This document shows positions 1 through 12,800 of a stretch of 64,000 nt of DNA, piece after piece. Under the pieces are notes generated by a model. That model was not told the origin of the DNA. It ran no database searches and saw only the letters and a list, made by a program, of their open reading frames with translations. Numbering within the stretch: the first letter of the stretch is position 1; each line of letters opens with the position of its first letter. The translations under genes were made by a program, and so were the position numbers. The stretch covers positions 12,099,621-12,163,620 of the forward strand of contig CAJINV010000002.1 in the NCBI GenBank assembly GCA_905178155.1, in the 5' to 3' direction. The DNA comes from Amoebophrya sp. A120 (taxonomy: Eukaryota; Protista; Dinoflagellata).

Positions 1-480
1 TTTCCAGCTGTTGCGCGAAGTGCTCCCCTTTCTGTCCGATCGCGATGGCGTTTTCGCGTTCTTCCCGCGATGAGCTGTACAGCAAAAAAGCCCGCTGTGC
101 ACACTGGTTCGCGACGAAAGGGAGTCCCTGTGGCGTCTGCAGCGCTTCTTGCGTCGCCAGCTCCAAGTCCCCGCGCAGAATCGCCAGCTGGTATGGGGAA
201 GCAGTTTGTGATGCGGAGCTGCTTTTATTTGCAGCATTCGCAGCACTTGAGGCCGTTGCTGGGGCTGATCCGTCGTCGACCTCGACGTCGGCACTGTCCT
301 CCTGCTCGGTCGACGTTCTAGCGCTATTGGAAGATGAAGGACTGTCTTGTGACGGCGCCGGGGTTGTATCACCTCGATTGATATCCGCTGCGTCAGTACC
401 ATCATCTCTTCGCGGGCCAGTTGCGTAGATTGGCACCGGTTGCACTGCCGCGCTTGTCGAATAAAACGCCCTGCGCATCC
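1..480 (-). CDS. Hypothetical protein, partial (runs off left edge; start uncertain)
   Basis: Minus-strand frame is open from about 480 to position 1 (MRRAFYSTSAAVQPVPIYATGPRRDDG...YQLAILRGDLELATQEALQ...GEHFAQQLE). The + ORF 45..428 is its antisense shadow. Confidence 0.5.
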
Positions 481-1460
481 AGTGCGAAAGCAGTGCGTTA
501 CTCGAAGACGAGTTGCTTGAAGCCCCGTGTTGAGCGTTTCGAGTGTAAAACTGCGCTGCTCGTCTGTTCGCACTCCTGTCGTCGTTTTCGAGCAAACGTC
601 GAGTCGAGTAGGAAAGTGGCACTTGTAGTGCATGATTGTATCTCCGGGACGGCACTGAGACTGACACTGTAGTTCCTGGGGGATTATTTCGCAAGAGCTG
701 CACACAACTTGATGTCGCAGTTCTGGATGCGTGCCCTGCGGGCGGAACCAACGTGATGGACCGCATTATTTTTCCATAGCATATGATATTTTAATTTCTG
801 GAAGTTGGTTATGCTGTTCGCTTTCCACTGTGCGTCTACTTGTTGTTACGAGGTCCTCTCCACGACGCACGGTCAAGGACAAGGTCAACGTATTTGCTTT
901 GTGTGATAGATTGATGACGACGAGCCGTTTGAGGCGTTTTCTTCTTTCATCAACAGCATCAAGCGCAGGCTTCGTCGATCTCCAGATGCAGATTGATTGT
1001 GATCGACGCCCTTGCTAAAATATCTGTATGAACGTAGCAGCTCACAAAAAAAGCATACACCTCGGTTGTCACGGTTCCAAGCTCGTGTCTTATCGAACAA
1101 AACCAAAAGAGTAGCGGCAGTAGATCCGGTTCCAATTCTAGTTTGCAAATCGTACTCTACTACAACAAGAGCACGTGTTGGATTGGCTTTGGTGAAGCTA
1201 CCTGTTCACCTTAATGAATCAAATACGGAGCAGCAGACGCTTATCTTGTGAGTGGGTGGACAAAAAACGCGCACCGGTGCGGCGAATCACTTTCCAGCTT
1301 CTTGCGTTGTTATTTGTTTTTCTGCTCGTAGTGCTATCCAACAGATGTCGCATTTCTATAAAAACACATACAAGTTAGTTGTAGAAGTTCCATCGACACA
1401 TCGAACCGGCAATCTATTGCACTTGCACGTTCGAAAGCAGTACCACAACATTTGTTCATA

Positions 1461-2855
1461 TCAAAACATGGAAGCGGAGGGGTCTTCTTCCACGATGCGC
1501 ATGGTATCCAGGGGTAAAAATGCGTCACTACCCGCCGGCTCTTGTTCCTCCAGCCCGTTGCAAAGGGCCTTGGGATTCTCCGCGAGGTACCGCGTCTGCA
1601 CCAGGATTTCGTTGGCTTCTTGCTGGATCTCCGCCGTTCGCTTGAGCACGTCCTGCAGAAGCAGGATGGCCTTCTTGCTGTGCCGCATACCCGCCGAGGC
1701 GTGAGTAACGGCCAAGCCGATGCGCTCCTGGCTCCCCATGAAGTCTTCGTTGGCGAAGATCCTTACCAAATTCCCGGGCGACGTCAGGGCAGCTCCGTCG
1801 GCGGCCGCGGAGTCCAGCGTCGCGATCAATTTCGGCAACAGGAAGGAGTACCAGAACACCTGAAACTTGTCCTTCGTCTTCTGCAGCCCCGTGCCCACCA
1901 CGTACGCGCCGGCCTTTGCCGGTTTCAAGACTCGCCTGAGCACTTGCCGCATGATTGTGATCACTTTGAAAACCTTGCCGATCGCCATGCCGGCGAACCG
2001 CTTGCCTTTCCCAACGAGCTTCTTTATCGTGTTGAAACCGTACAGCATCGTGCCCTTCAGCTTCTTACCGGGCGGGGCAGCGCCCGGCGGGCCGGGCTTT
2101 TCGATCAGCTGGCCACTTGTGTCGGGGAGCGTGCCACCTGGTTTCGGTAACAAGTCGCTCGTAGCATTGCTCAAAGCAGCAAAGTGCGTGTGCCCTCGAC
2201 CTTGGAATTGTGCGGACTGTGACAAAGACAAGCGCAAGCGGAGCACGTTGTTCCAGCTTTTTCTGCTTGAAGTAGATCCTACACGACGACACTTGCCTTT
2301 TCGTTCCCAGGTGGTGAGGTGGTGGTGTTCGTCCTGTCTGGGCTTGTCGGTGAAGAGAAAGTCCGTAGCCCGAGCGCGTTTCTGCACCAGCACACGGGGA
2401 GATGCTGACAATGCGCTTGTTTCCGTGCTTTCGGCGTGATGATTCGTGTTCCCCACTTGAGATTCGGTCTGTGAGAAAAATGAAGAAAAGTTGTCACGCG
2501 TACGGTGAAAATTGTGACTAGTGCGGAGGTCACCGTCGCCGTTTTTGCCAGCAGTAGATGACAAATGAATCCTGTTGCAACTGCTGCTCGCTCTCGGTCT
2601 CAGTTCTTCATCAAGCGCCGGACGTAGTGAACCCGAGGCAAAGAACGAACTTCTGCACGGAGCCGTGGATGTGGAACACGCCGTTCTGTTCACCACCTGC
2701 TTGGAAGAAATAGACGACGAAGGGGACGACCAGAAATCAAAACCCTCCTCCATGAGGAATCTCATTTCGACGATGGCGGAATTGATGCTCAAACAAAATT
2801 TTGATTTCCTTTGGGGTATAATGTGCTTGCGTTCTTTCTCGTCAGATGATGTCAC
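1461..2855 (-). CDS. Hypothetical protein
   Basis: 464-aa ORF. The 3' part (about 1461-2200) is GC-rich and helical/protein-like; the 5' extent is uncertain. No recognisable domain. Confidence 0.45.
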   Translation of the reverse strand: MTSSDEKERKHIIPQRKSKFCLSINSAIVEMRFLMEEGFDFWSSPSSSISSKQVVNRTACSTSTAPCRSSFFASGSLRPALDEELRPRASSSCNRIHLSSTAGKNGDGDLRTSHNFHRTRDNFSSFFSQTESQVGNTNHHAESTETSALSASPRVLVQKRARATDFLFTDKPRQDEHHHLTTWERKGKCRRVGSTSSRKSWNNVLRLRLSLSQSAQFQGRGHTHFAALSNATSDLLPKPGGTLPDTSGQLIEKPGPPGAAPPGKKLKGTMLYGFNTIKKLVGKGKRFAGMAIGKVFKVITIMRQVLRRVLKPAKAGAYVVGTGLQKTKDKFQVFWYSFLLPKLIATLDSAAADGAALTSPGNLVRIFANEDFMGSQERIGLAVTHASAGMRHSKKAILLLQDVLKRTAEIQQEANEILVQTRYLAENPKALCNGLEEQEPAGSDAFLPLDTMRIVEEDPSASMF

Positions 2856-3887
2856 TTCGGGTAATTGAAAGAAGGGACACCTCCGTACTGTTTCATTTTC
2901 TTACGTCGAAGACCACGATTACGAATGGTCTACATGCGATATCGACAACGAAAACGAAGGACATGCTCGGCTTCAGTATCTCGATTTGTGATGCTTCGAC
3001 GAAGAGAATCACATACGATAGATGGAGTACATTTGTACTTTTAGTCGAAGAAGATGAGATAGACTACACTGCCTAACGAGTACGCGAAAGAATCGATCCG
3101 ATTCCAAATACCGCTGCTTATTGTGTTCTTCCGAACAAACGCTGTGCAGAAAAGCGGCCCGTTGATTGCACCAAAAGCGAGCACCTGTGCTGCCGCATCA
3201 CGCTAGACAATTCGCGGCTTGCGACAGAGTTTATTAGCGTTTGCTTCTAGTTATCGATATCCTTTTGATCGGTTTCGAAAAAAAAACCCGTCATGCAGCC
3301 ATAGTGAAGTTTTCACACTGCCACTGAGAGTGCGTTTCTTTGCGTATGCAACGTCGAGAAGAATGATAAATACATACGCGCTAGAAGGCGTTACTAATCC
3401 TATCAGCGAAAGTCCGCCACTGTTTCCAGCAAACCATCGGAAAATTATAATGTAGTTTCCTTCCTGATAAGTACTTGTTATACGCGCCATTGATTTTGAT
3501 GTTTCCATCACCATACGCTAGCAATCATCGAACGCACGAGTTGCCGCAATGTTGTTTGCTTCCATGCACAGGCTGAATGTCAATATCATGTTGTTGGCAA
3601 TGAGGGCTTCCAACCACAAACCACAAGAAGAACCAAAATATCGAAGCCGCAACAAGCTTAGACAGAGAGGCAAGTTCTCTTCTACGTACGCATTGTCCCT
3701 CGAGAACAAAGAAAAAGTAGATTCAAGCATACATGTACATGTAGGTTCTTATCATTTGCATCATCGAAGCTACTGTCGGTCTGAAGCTACAAGAAAACAT
3801 CTTTTGTTGCTTCTTATGCCCCTGCTTCCGACACCGACAGCATCGTAAGTGTCGATTGAATTCGTTGTCGTTCCTCCCCAGGTTGGT

Positions 3888-6800
3888 TCAGGATGCGGGC
3901 CCGATGAGGCCCAGTCCGGAAGCGCCGGTAATTTGACTGAGGAAAAAAAGCAGCCCGAATACCGCGACGGCAAGCAGCAAGAAGCAGGTACAGCCGCAGA
4001 GCCACTTACACATCACCACCTTCTGGGGACCGAGCAAAACTTTGATGAGGAGCACGGGGTCTTTGAGCGCCGTTTGCCAGGACACCCGCCCGGCGGGCTC
4101 CGGGAGGGGGTGCGGAGCGTCGCGGCCCTCGCCGCACGGGTGTGACTCGGCCCATTCGGTCGGCACCACCTGCACGTCGCACATCAACAACGCTGGCGTT
4201 GGCTCCATGGTTTTGTTGCAACAGGGGAGACAGGATACGCGGACCGGCTTGGGGGCATCTAGATTGGTAACATAGAAGTAGGTACATCATGGGATTCTTT
4301 TCAGAGAGAACGTGGGGGGATATTTTTGCTCATCGGTAGCAGAACCGTGAAAATGAGACGATCACTAAGAATGCAAGAGTGGGACCGGAGGACAGCACGC
4401 ACATAGACAAAAAAGGCGCAGCTCTAAACAAGAACATCATTCATGAATTGGTTCTACCTGCTGATATAAAAAGATGAAAAATATACTGCATTTCATCTTA
4501 CCTGCGGGCCAGGAATCGAACAGGACGTAGGTGCGGTGATTGCCCATCACGGCGTTCTCGATGTTCTTGTGGTGTATGTAGTTGGTGTAGGCCAAACGCA
4601 AGTGGTGGTCCAGCGGCACCACCTCGGGGTCGTACAACGGTTCGGCGTCCGTTAGTGCGTCCGAATCCATCAGTTGCAGGACCAGACTGCAGCTGGCCGC
4701 GGGGCACACCACGGGCCACTTCCACCGCCAGTTGAAGGTGCCGTCCTGGTTGCAGAACTTGTGGCAGTCCGTTTCCTTCGTATGTCGGGTCACCGACCCG
4801 TCGATGCTGCGGATAATCAGGGTTCCGCGGACGATGAGGTCGTTGCGCTGCCCGTCATCCTGGTAGATGGTCACGCCCTTCACATTCCAAACCGTGACTC
4901 GGATCTCGAAGTCCGCGCCCTTCCTGGTTGCGCCCACGTCGAACTCGTGGTAGGTTTCTTCCGTGGGAACCAGGTCCACCCAGTACCGAATGCTGCCCGC
5001 CGGAGTGCGCAATTTCGAGTCTGGGTCGATGTGATTCAACTCAGAAAATTCGATGGGAAAGGGCTTGCCCGGGGCCAATTGGGGCCGAAAGTTGTAGTAG
5101 GAAAAGCTTGAGTCGAAGTCAAAACTCTACACGACAAATTCGTCCTTCCAGCGTTCATCTGCATGTTATGTAGAATTTTAATTTTTTCTATCTTGACGAA
5201 CGTCAAAGGCTAATGTCGCGGAGTGAAAAAACGCAATCAGACCATTTGGAGCAAATGTTGCATCTCACGACTTCTTGACTCAAGACTTTGCTCCCGTAGA
5301 TCTTTTCGTTGCTTTCTTCGTCGACACCCTCGTCGGAAAGGTGGTCTTTGAGCCACTTGATCGACGTCAGCTGCGTCAGGTTTTTCTGGATCACAGCCTG
5401 CCACCGGTCCTCAATATCAATGTCCACCTGGCCGACAATTGAGTCGCCCATCGTGTTCGCGTTCATCACGGTCAGGGTGATGCAGTCCGTGCCCGGAATC
5501 TGTACCGGCAGCTGGAACGACTCGTAGAAATCCGGGTTCGTCTGCGCGGAAGAGATGCGCTTCGGCGAAACAATGTGCGTCGCGCCCTAGAAAGTGAAAG
5601 ATCGATAAGGATAATGGCCATGTGACAAGCTTCATAAAGCAGCTCTGATCGCCACAGCAGCATCAAGATGTTACCCGATGACTGAACTCATAGAAATTTA
5701 GGTTCACGCCTCCTATTACAGCCAGGGCAGAAATACGTCTCAACATCAAATGCATTGCATTGCACTTACCGCGGTGGCCGTCAGGTAGGGGTTAATACTT
5801 CCGGAACCCATGGCGGGATCCACGAGATTTCTGGCGGTTAACACGTACACGTGCGCCATCAAGGTGTCGATCTGCCAGAAGCGATTGAGCGGCATGGCGA
5901 GGGGCTGCGGGATGGTGTCGAAGAAGTCCTTGGAGCCGCGGTCGAAGTCCACTTCGCTCTGGGGAACGGACTCCAGGGACACGTGGCCCTTCAGCTCGCC
6001 CACGAAGTCCATCGTCTCTCCGACGATCAGGCTCCGGCGCATGTTCATAGAGTTCATCATGAACCGCTCCTTGTAGGGATCGGTTTTGCTGCCGTCCTTC
6101 CGGATCCGCACGGCCTTCGACTCTTCGAAGAGGTGCATGTCCGCGAACATGTCCTGGAACACCTCGCCGAGGTACTTGCGGTACCACGACTCCGTCTGCT
6201 CGCGATCGAAGATGGACAGCCCGAACTTACGGTACAACCGCATCACAAACTCGTTCTCCCGGACCGGGATGGAGAGCGAAAACCCGTTCGGCTCCATGTC
6301 GGTGTTCTCTTCCTGCTTCTTCTTTTTCTTGGACTTGGCCTTTGACGAGGTTCCGCTGTCGGCCTGATAGTCGATGCGATCCGTGGAGGAGAGCGATTGG
6401 GTTTGTTAATGAGAAAAGTGCAAATAGTGGCTTGGGCAGCTACATGATTCATAGTACTTACAACGATCGCAATCGCTCTAAGTCAAACAAAAAAAAGTAC
6501 CTGATTTGACTTCTTCGTGTTTTCCGCGATTTTTCGCTCCAACGTTCGCCACCTTTCCAGGAGCGTTTTTCTGACGTACAGGGAGGTTTCGAACGCGAAG
6601 CGCAGGTCGAAGCCCGGCGTGACGACTTGAATGTAGTTGCCCTCGTTTTCGCCCTCGAGGATTTTTATCACGTAGAGTAAGGTCCCCGGGTTTTTGAAGA
6701 TCACCCTCTGCTGCGGCGCGGCCCAGATGATCTGTGCGCGGAGAATGCGCTTATCCAGCGTGAGCCCGTACTTGATGGTGACGAAATTGTTGCTCACCTG

Positions 6801-9800
6801 GGCCCAGGTCCGCTTCTCCTCCAGGCTGGGATCGCGCGGCGTCGTGATCACCTCGTTCTTGACCGCCTTCGTCAGCTTCGGGTCGTTTTCTTCCAGCTTT
6901 TCCCAGTTATCGGCGTGAAAATCGTTCGGTTCCTCGTCCATGTAGCTAACCATGCGCAGGCGCGCCAGAATCTTCGAGTCCCGGTCGTGCTCGTGGATCA
7001 GGTGCCCCACGGGCCGCATGAAGGTCCACTGGTGCAGCAGCTTCCTCTCCTCGTCGGTCTTCGCCAGGCTCGTTCCCTCCGTGCGCCGCATCCGGTCCAG
7101 CTTGGCCTGCGCGGATTTCGTGCCCTTTGACTTATCCGCCACTTTCGACTTGCGCTCCCGCTTATGCATTGCAAAAGTATCCTATCGTACTAGTATAAAT
7201 TGCATCACAAATTTTTTCAAGAAGAAAAACGGAATTTGTAATGCTGATTTACCTAAAAAGGAATATTTGTCATGCATGATAGCAATTACTACGAGTACGA
7301 TACTTTTGCACAGGATAACGCTCCTTCTTCGACCGCTCCTCCTCCTGATCCTCGCCGCCGTTGTCGGACTCCTCCGACTCCTCTTCGTCCTCCGCCGCGG
7401 GTGGCGGGGCGATCAGGTTCTTCGTTTTCCCCTTGACCACCACCTGAATCTGCGTGGGGCGGTGGTACCGCGACTTGTAGCGCCACCCGAAGGCGCGCAT
7501 CATCCGTATGGCGTTCTCAACTGTTACATTCTCAACTGTTACATGGATTTGTGATGCTAAACCGACCGAAACCACAAACGCAACCCATAGGGCACCTTTC
7601 CGCAGATGGTCAGGCCACCGGGTCGCGGAGTCAGGCGGACCGAAGCCATCGCCATCACACTCGGGCACATCCAACTACTACGCCAACTTTTCCTTACTTT
7701 CGCCACCAGAGAATGGATTTGTGATGCAGGAATGGCAAAAGTGAAAGGGGTCACCTTGCGCGTTTTGCATGACAGATCTGGCAAAGATTCTCAGCCTGTT
7801 TGGCTCTTTGAGAATTTGTCATGCCAAGCAGCTTGATCGTGTCGATTCTGATTGCGTTTTTGCATTACAAATCATGTCACAGTTGAGAATGTAACATTTG
7901 AGAACGCCATAATCCGCGACAGCCGCCCGGTGGTCCAGTTCGCCACCTTGCGCACGTTCGCGGTGCGGCCCCCGCCCAGCTGGTGCGGCACCTGGTGGTT
8001 GTAGTCCTGCTTGAAGGTGGCCAGCTCCTTTTCCCAAAACGGGGTCTCCTTGTTGTACAGCTCCACCACTGCCGTCGTCTCCCCGCCCTGCGCCCAGTCG
8101 TAGAAGGGGCGGAGCGAGATCTCGACGACGGTCTTGCCCTTGGGGTAGGGGGTGGTGTTCTCGCGGTCCACGTACAAGGTCGGCTGCTTCTCGAACTCGT
8201 CATCCAGCAGCTCCGGGGCGTTCAAAAAGTAGTCCGCGGGGTTCAGGTACTGCGTGTGGTCGTCCACGCGGAACAGCGACTGCGCGCGGATGTTCCGCCC
8301 CATGCGCGCGTCGATGTCCCACCACAAGTTGCCCTCCTTCTCCGCGAACACGTCCACGTACACGATGGTGGCCTTGGGGTCCGTGGCCACGTGCTTCATG
8401 GGACACAGCCCCTGAAACTGGACGGGCAGGTTCTCCATGGCGTTCGCCACCTGCTCGAACCACGCGCCCTGAAACCGGCCCGGCGCCGCAAACTCCTGCA
8501 GCGGGAGCGACAAAGCGCCGAAGTCCCCGAGCCCGATGGTGGACTGCAGCCAAAAGGCCAGACTCGGCAGCAGCGCGAACTTCTCATCCTGCGCCACCAC
8601 GATCTGTCCGTTTTCTTCGCGGAGACCTGAAGATCGGAGGTTTGTGACGAGAAGTTGATTTTTATCTTTTACGAATACCTCTGTCTCGAGCTTTTCAGCA
8701 CGGTCTACTTACTTTTCCACTTTGTTGCCGATCCATATCCACAATCTGACTGGATTTTCATTTTTCAGATATAGAGTGTGGCATTCGCATAATTTTTGTT
8801 CCCCTGCCCCGCATAATTTCATTATCAATCTGAACTTGTATTTCAGATTCAGACACTACTCTCCCTCGGAGCAAATAGTAGTTCTTGCCCTCGTGTAAGT
8901 ATGGATATGTTTCGACAATGATGATGTAGTGCAACGCACAGAAAGGGCGCTTGATGTTGTCGCAAACAGTATCTCGGTCGCGAACTACTAGATCGTATGA
9001 ACAATCGACACTGCTTGTGGTGCAACAGCACTATCTCAGTCCATGTATTAGACTCCGTCGTACTGCTACCACCATGTCTTAGTTTTGAACGGGGGTCTTC
9101 TTAGAGTGTCGATCTCGCGGAGCGGCCTGGTAAAAGATAAAGATGTCAAGAACTACATCTTGTTTATATAACACGACGGAAAGTTGAAGTTCAGCTCTTG
9201 TCCACAAAATCTTTTTCAGCCGACAAAGAATTTCTGTTTGATTTGTTCCGCGAAGGTCCAGACCGACACCCCGAGAAACGAGATGCAGAGTCCGCACCAC
9301 GACCCAAGCGAGACCGCGTCGGGGTGCGTGATGCGCGACGCGAGGATAACCACCACTTTGTTCGCGACGTTGCCCACCTGGAAGCTGGCGGCCGAGATGA
9401 CAGCTTGCAGGTTGAAGTTGATGGTGCCCATGGAGAAACCCATGAGGATGCTCAAAAGAAGAAAGACCAGCATCTTGGTGTTCTCGCCCGGGGTAAACAA
9501 GGCGAAGAGACAGTCGATGTAGTGGAGATTCGGCTGGAACGAGGCGGGCGTCGCCGAGATGTCCGTCGTGGGCCGCCCTTTTGCGTCCACCTGCGCAAAC
9601 ACTTCCACGTTCCAGAGGAAGAGAAACAATATCGGCAGCGCCACAAAGAAGCGGGCCTGGTTGTTGCGCAGCGGAGAGATGTTCTCGTGCTCCTTCAGGT
9701 AACGAACGCCGGTCTTGTCGAACGTCGTACACGCGGCCGCCACCATGCTGTGAAAAATTGCGTACCACACACCCATGGGCGACTTCTGCACTTCCTCAAG

Positions 9801-12800
9801 CAGTCCTCTCGGAGAAGATTTTACCGGATCATGCGAAGCCGAAGTTCCACCGCTGACAGAATTCTCGCTGCGTGCGCTCCGCCCCGGCGCTTCTCGTTCT
9901 GTTTGGCGATAGTTTCGAAACAAGTCGTTTTCCGCCGCCGTGTAGACCAAGGCGCCGACAAAAGTGAGAAGCAAACCAAGCACCGCGACCCTGGACAGTT
10001 TCACCTCGGGGCTGACGAAGTACTCCACAAAGGCCGTTTGGGCGGGAATGCTGTTGCGCACAACGACAAACAGTGGGACCGAGACGTGACGCAGAGCTAG
10101 GAAACTCGACCACAACAGCACTGCGATGAACATGGCTTCGCCGAGCAAGAGTGCCTGGCCCTTCGGTGTGCGAGGCAACTGAATGCCTGCCAGCTCCATC
10201 GGCCGGCGCAGGTCCTCGGTTTGTACTTCATCGATTTGCCCGTCTTCACCATCTTCGAATGACCCGATCAAATCCTCGGTCTGCATCTGGTCGTCTGTTC
10301 TGCCGTCGTGCTCCTGCTGAGTGGTATTGCCAGAGTGGCTCTCGTTATTCACGACCTGCCGCAGCGACGCGTTTGCATCAGCTTGATGTCCCAGCGGACG
10401 GCCTGCTGGTTCCAAGACCACATCTTGAAGACTCAGCGATGCTCCCGAAGTTGATGTCACTTCTGAGGACGCGCCTGCAGTAGTCGTACTTGTTTCAGCG
10501 TTCTTGCCTAACTTCGCTGGCAATGGCTCGAGAGGCACTACTTTCCGGACAGCGCTAGTACCCGGCACAGTTGATGTTTCTACTCCGCTCGCGGAACTGG
10601 CGGGGTCTTCATCTCCTGGTGCTACATTGGAGTAGTTGTACTTGTGCGAAGTAGATGAAGCCTTGTTCCGTGTGGCTGTGGCGGCTCGCGTGCCATCTTT
10701 TCCGGTGGCCTTGGTGGATGTTGCTTGGGCGTTTGAAGATGTACTTGAAACACCAGGCTTACGGCAGACGTCGACACGTTCGCCGAAGACGCGCTCGAAC
10801 CACCGGCAACGGCCGAACACGATCGGGATTAGCACCGTCCCGATAGCTTGCAAAAATAGCATGGTCCAGGGGTAAGGAAAATTGAGGGCCACCGACTTAT
10901 TGATGAGCACCATGCTCGAGCTGCACGCTCCGTAGAGCACAAACAGGACCAAGATCCACGTCTTGTCCATCGCCGGGGCACTGGGGGGCGAAGCGGGGCC
11001 GAGATACCTGACTGCAGTGGAAGACGAGGAAGAGTCCATCGAGGGAGGATCGTCAAAGTCCTCTCCTTCCTCGCCCGGTATGTCAATAGCGGGCGGCGCT
11101 GGAACCTTGCTCATCGTTTCCTTGCTTTCGGTGTTCTTTGAGGACGACGGTGCGGCAAGTAAGTAAGTAAGAAGTCTCCTCCAGCAGCCCGATGGCAAGC
11201 TCCAAGAGGCGCTCTCTCGTTGTCTGTTGCCGACACCGAACAGAAAGATGAGTCGCGCCCGATCAAGCCATAGACTACACGTGGGTAGAATCGAATGCGT
11301 TGGGGCTTCTTAATAACATCAACTGACACCCACTATAACACGAGGGGGTTGTACTTGTACGTTTTGTGTTTGTCCAGTTAGTACGCTTAACGAGTACAAC
11401 GATCGTTTTTCGCAACGGAGCAGAGAGATTCGAGCCACGGTATGGCACGTGCAGGGCAAGGTATATGAACACAGGTATCACCTACACAGGGCTAGGAAAA
11501 CTCGGATGCGAGTCTACTTGTACTTGCTTCTATTACGGAACGACAACGACTCCCAAGCGCGAGTGCTACTACAAGACGCGCTTTGCATAAAGATTTGCAC
11601 CGGGGCGGGTGCTGTATAGGAGCAGATTTCAGGACGAGTGAAAATCGTGTTGTCCGAGCACTGACGAAAAGAAGATGAACATGACCCAAGAAAATAAACA
11701 ACAAGTATGCAGTCACAACGGATACCTGTCGCTGTTGCGCCTTTGTTTTGTTTCGCTCGCAGGGCCACCTGCAAATAGTCGATGATCGGCGCTTTGTAGA
11801 CCGGGCAAACGATGCGGATGCCGAGAAACTCGTCGATTCCGACGTCCGTCGCCACGCTGCTCGCGATACTGATGTTGTCCTGCGACAAGGCCGCTGCTTG
11901 CGGGCCCGCGCCCGCCGGCAGACTCGTCGCGTTCTTCGCTTGGTCCTCGTCCCGCGTAGCGACCAAGCGCATCACGGACTTCACTTTCTCCCCCAGCTCC
12001 TGCCACTCGAGCACGGGCGGCGCCTCGCCCTTGAAGTTGATCGTGGGCAGCTCGGAGTCGTCCAGCTCCACGTCCACCGGGGTCTTCCAGAAGGACCCCA
12101 CCCGCAGGCTCAGCCCGTACTTGACCTCCTTCGACAACCGGCGGATCCCCAGCAAATCCAACGTCGTGCGGTAGTACTTAAACTCCCCGGTGTTGATGTG
12201 GAAGACGGGCGTGGGCTCCATGTTCCGCTCCTGGTCCTCCACCGGCACCCAGTTCTTGCCGGGAAAAAAGTTGGAGATCCACTGGTCCACCCCCGCGACC
12301 TTGGCCCGACCGTTCTGCTGGTAGTCGAAGGTGAACACCTCGCCGGCCGCGATCTCCCGCACCGTCATCATGTCCACCACGTCCAGCTGGTCGTCGTCCA
12401 GCAGCGAGGACGCGTACATCGATTTCTTCAACGTCTTGGCCGCCGCGCTGTCGCTGGAGAGCATGCCGGAGACCTCCACTTCGTTCGGGGGCTCGAACCG
12501 CCACTCCTTGTACATCAGGTGCGCCCCGGCCTGCAGCGAGTAGCCCGCGGACCACAGCACCATGGGCTTGCCCTTCCACCCCTTGGCGTTGTCCAGCTGC
12601 TGCATGGTCTTGCCGTCCTCCTGCACGTCCAGCCGCTGCCAGACCGGCACGTGCGCCTCGTTCAGCCGCAGCTGCCCCTTTTCGAAGCCGTAGTTGTCCA
12701 CCTCTACGCCGGCGGCGTTTTTACCCACAATGTAGGCGCTGGAGGAAGACGTGGCCCCAGCTTTCGGCGAAGACGGGGGTGTTTGGCCTTTCGGCAGGTT

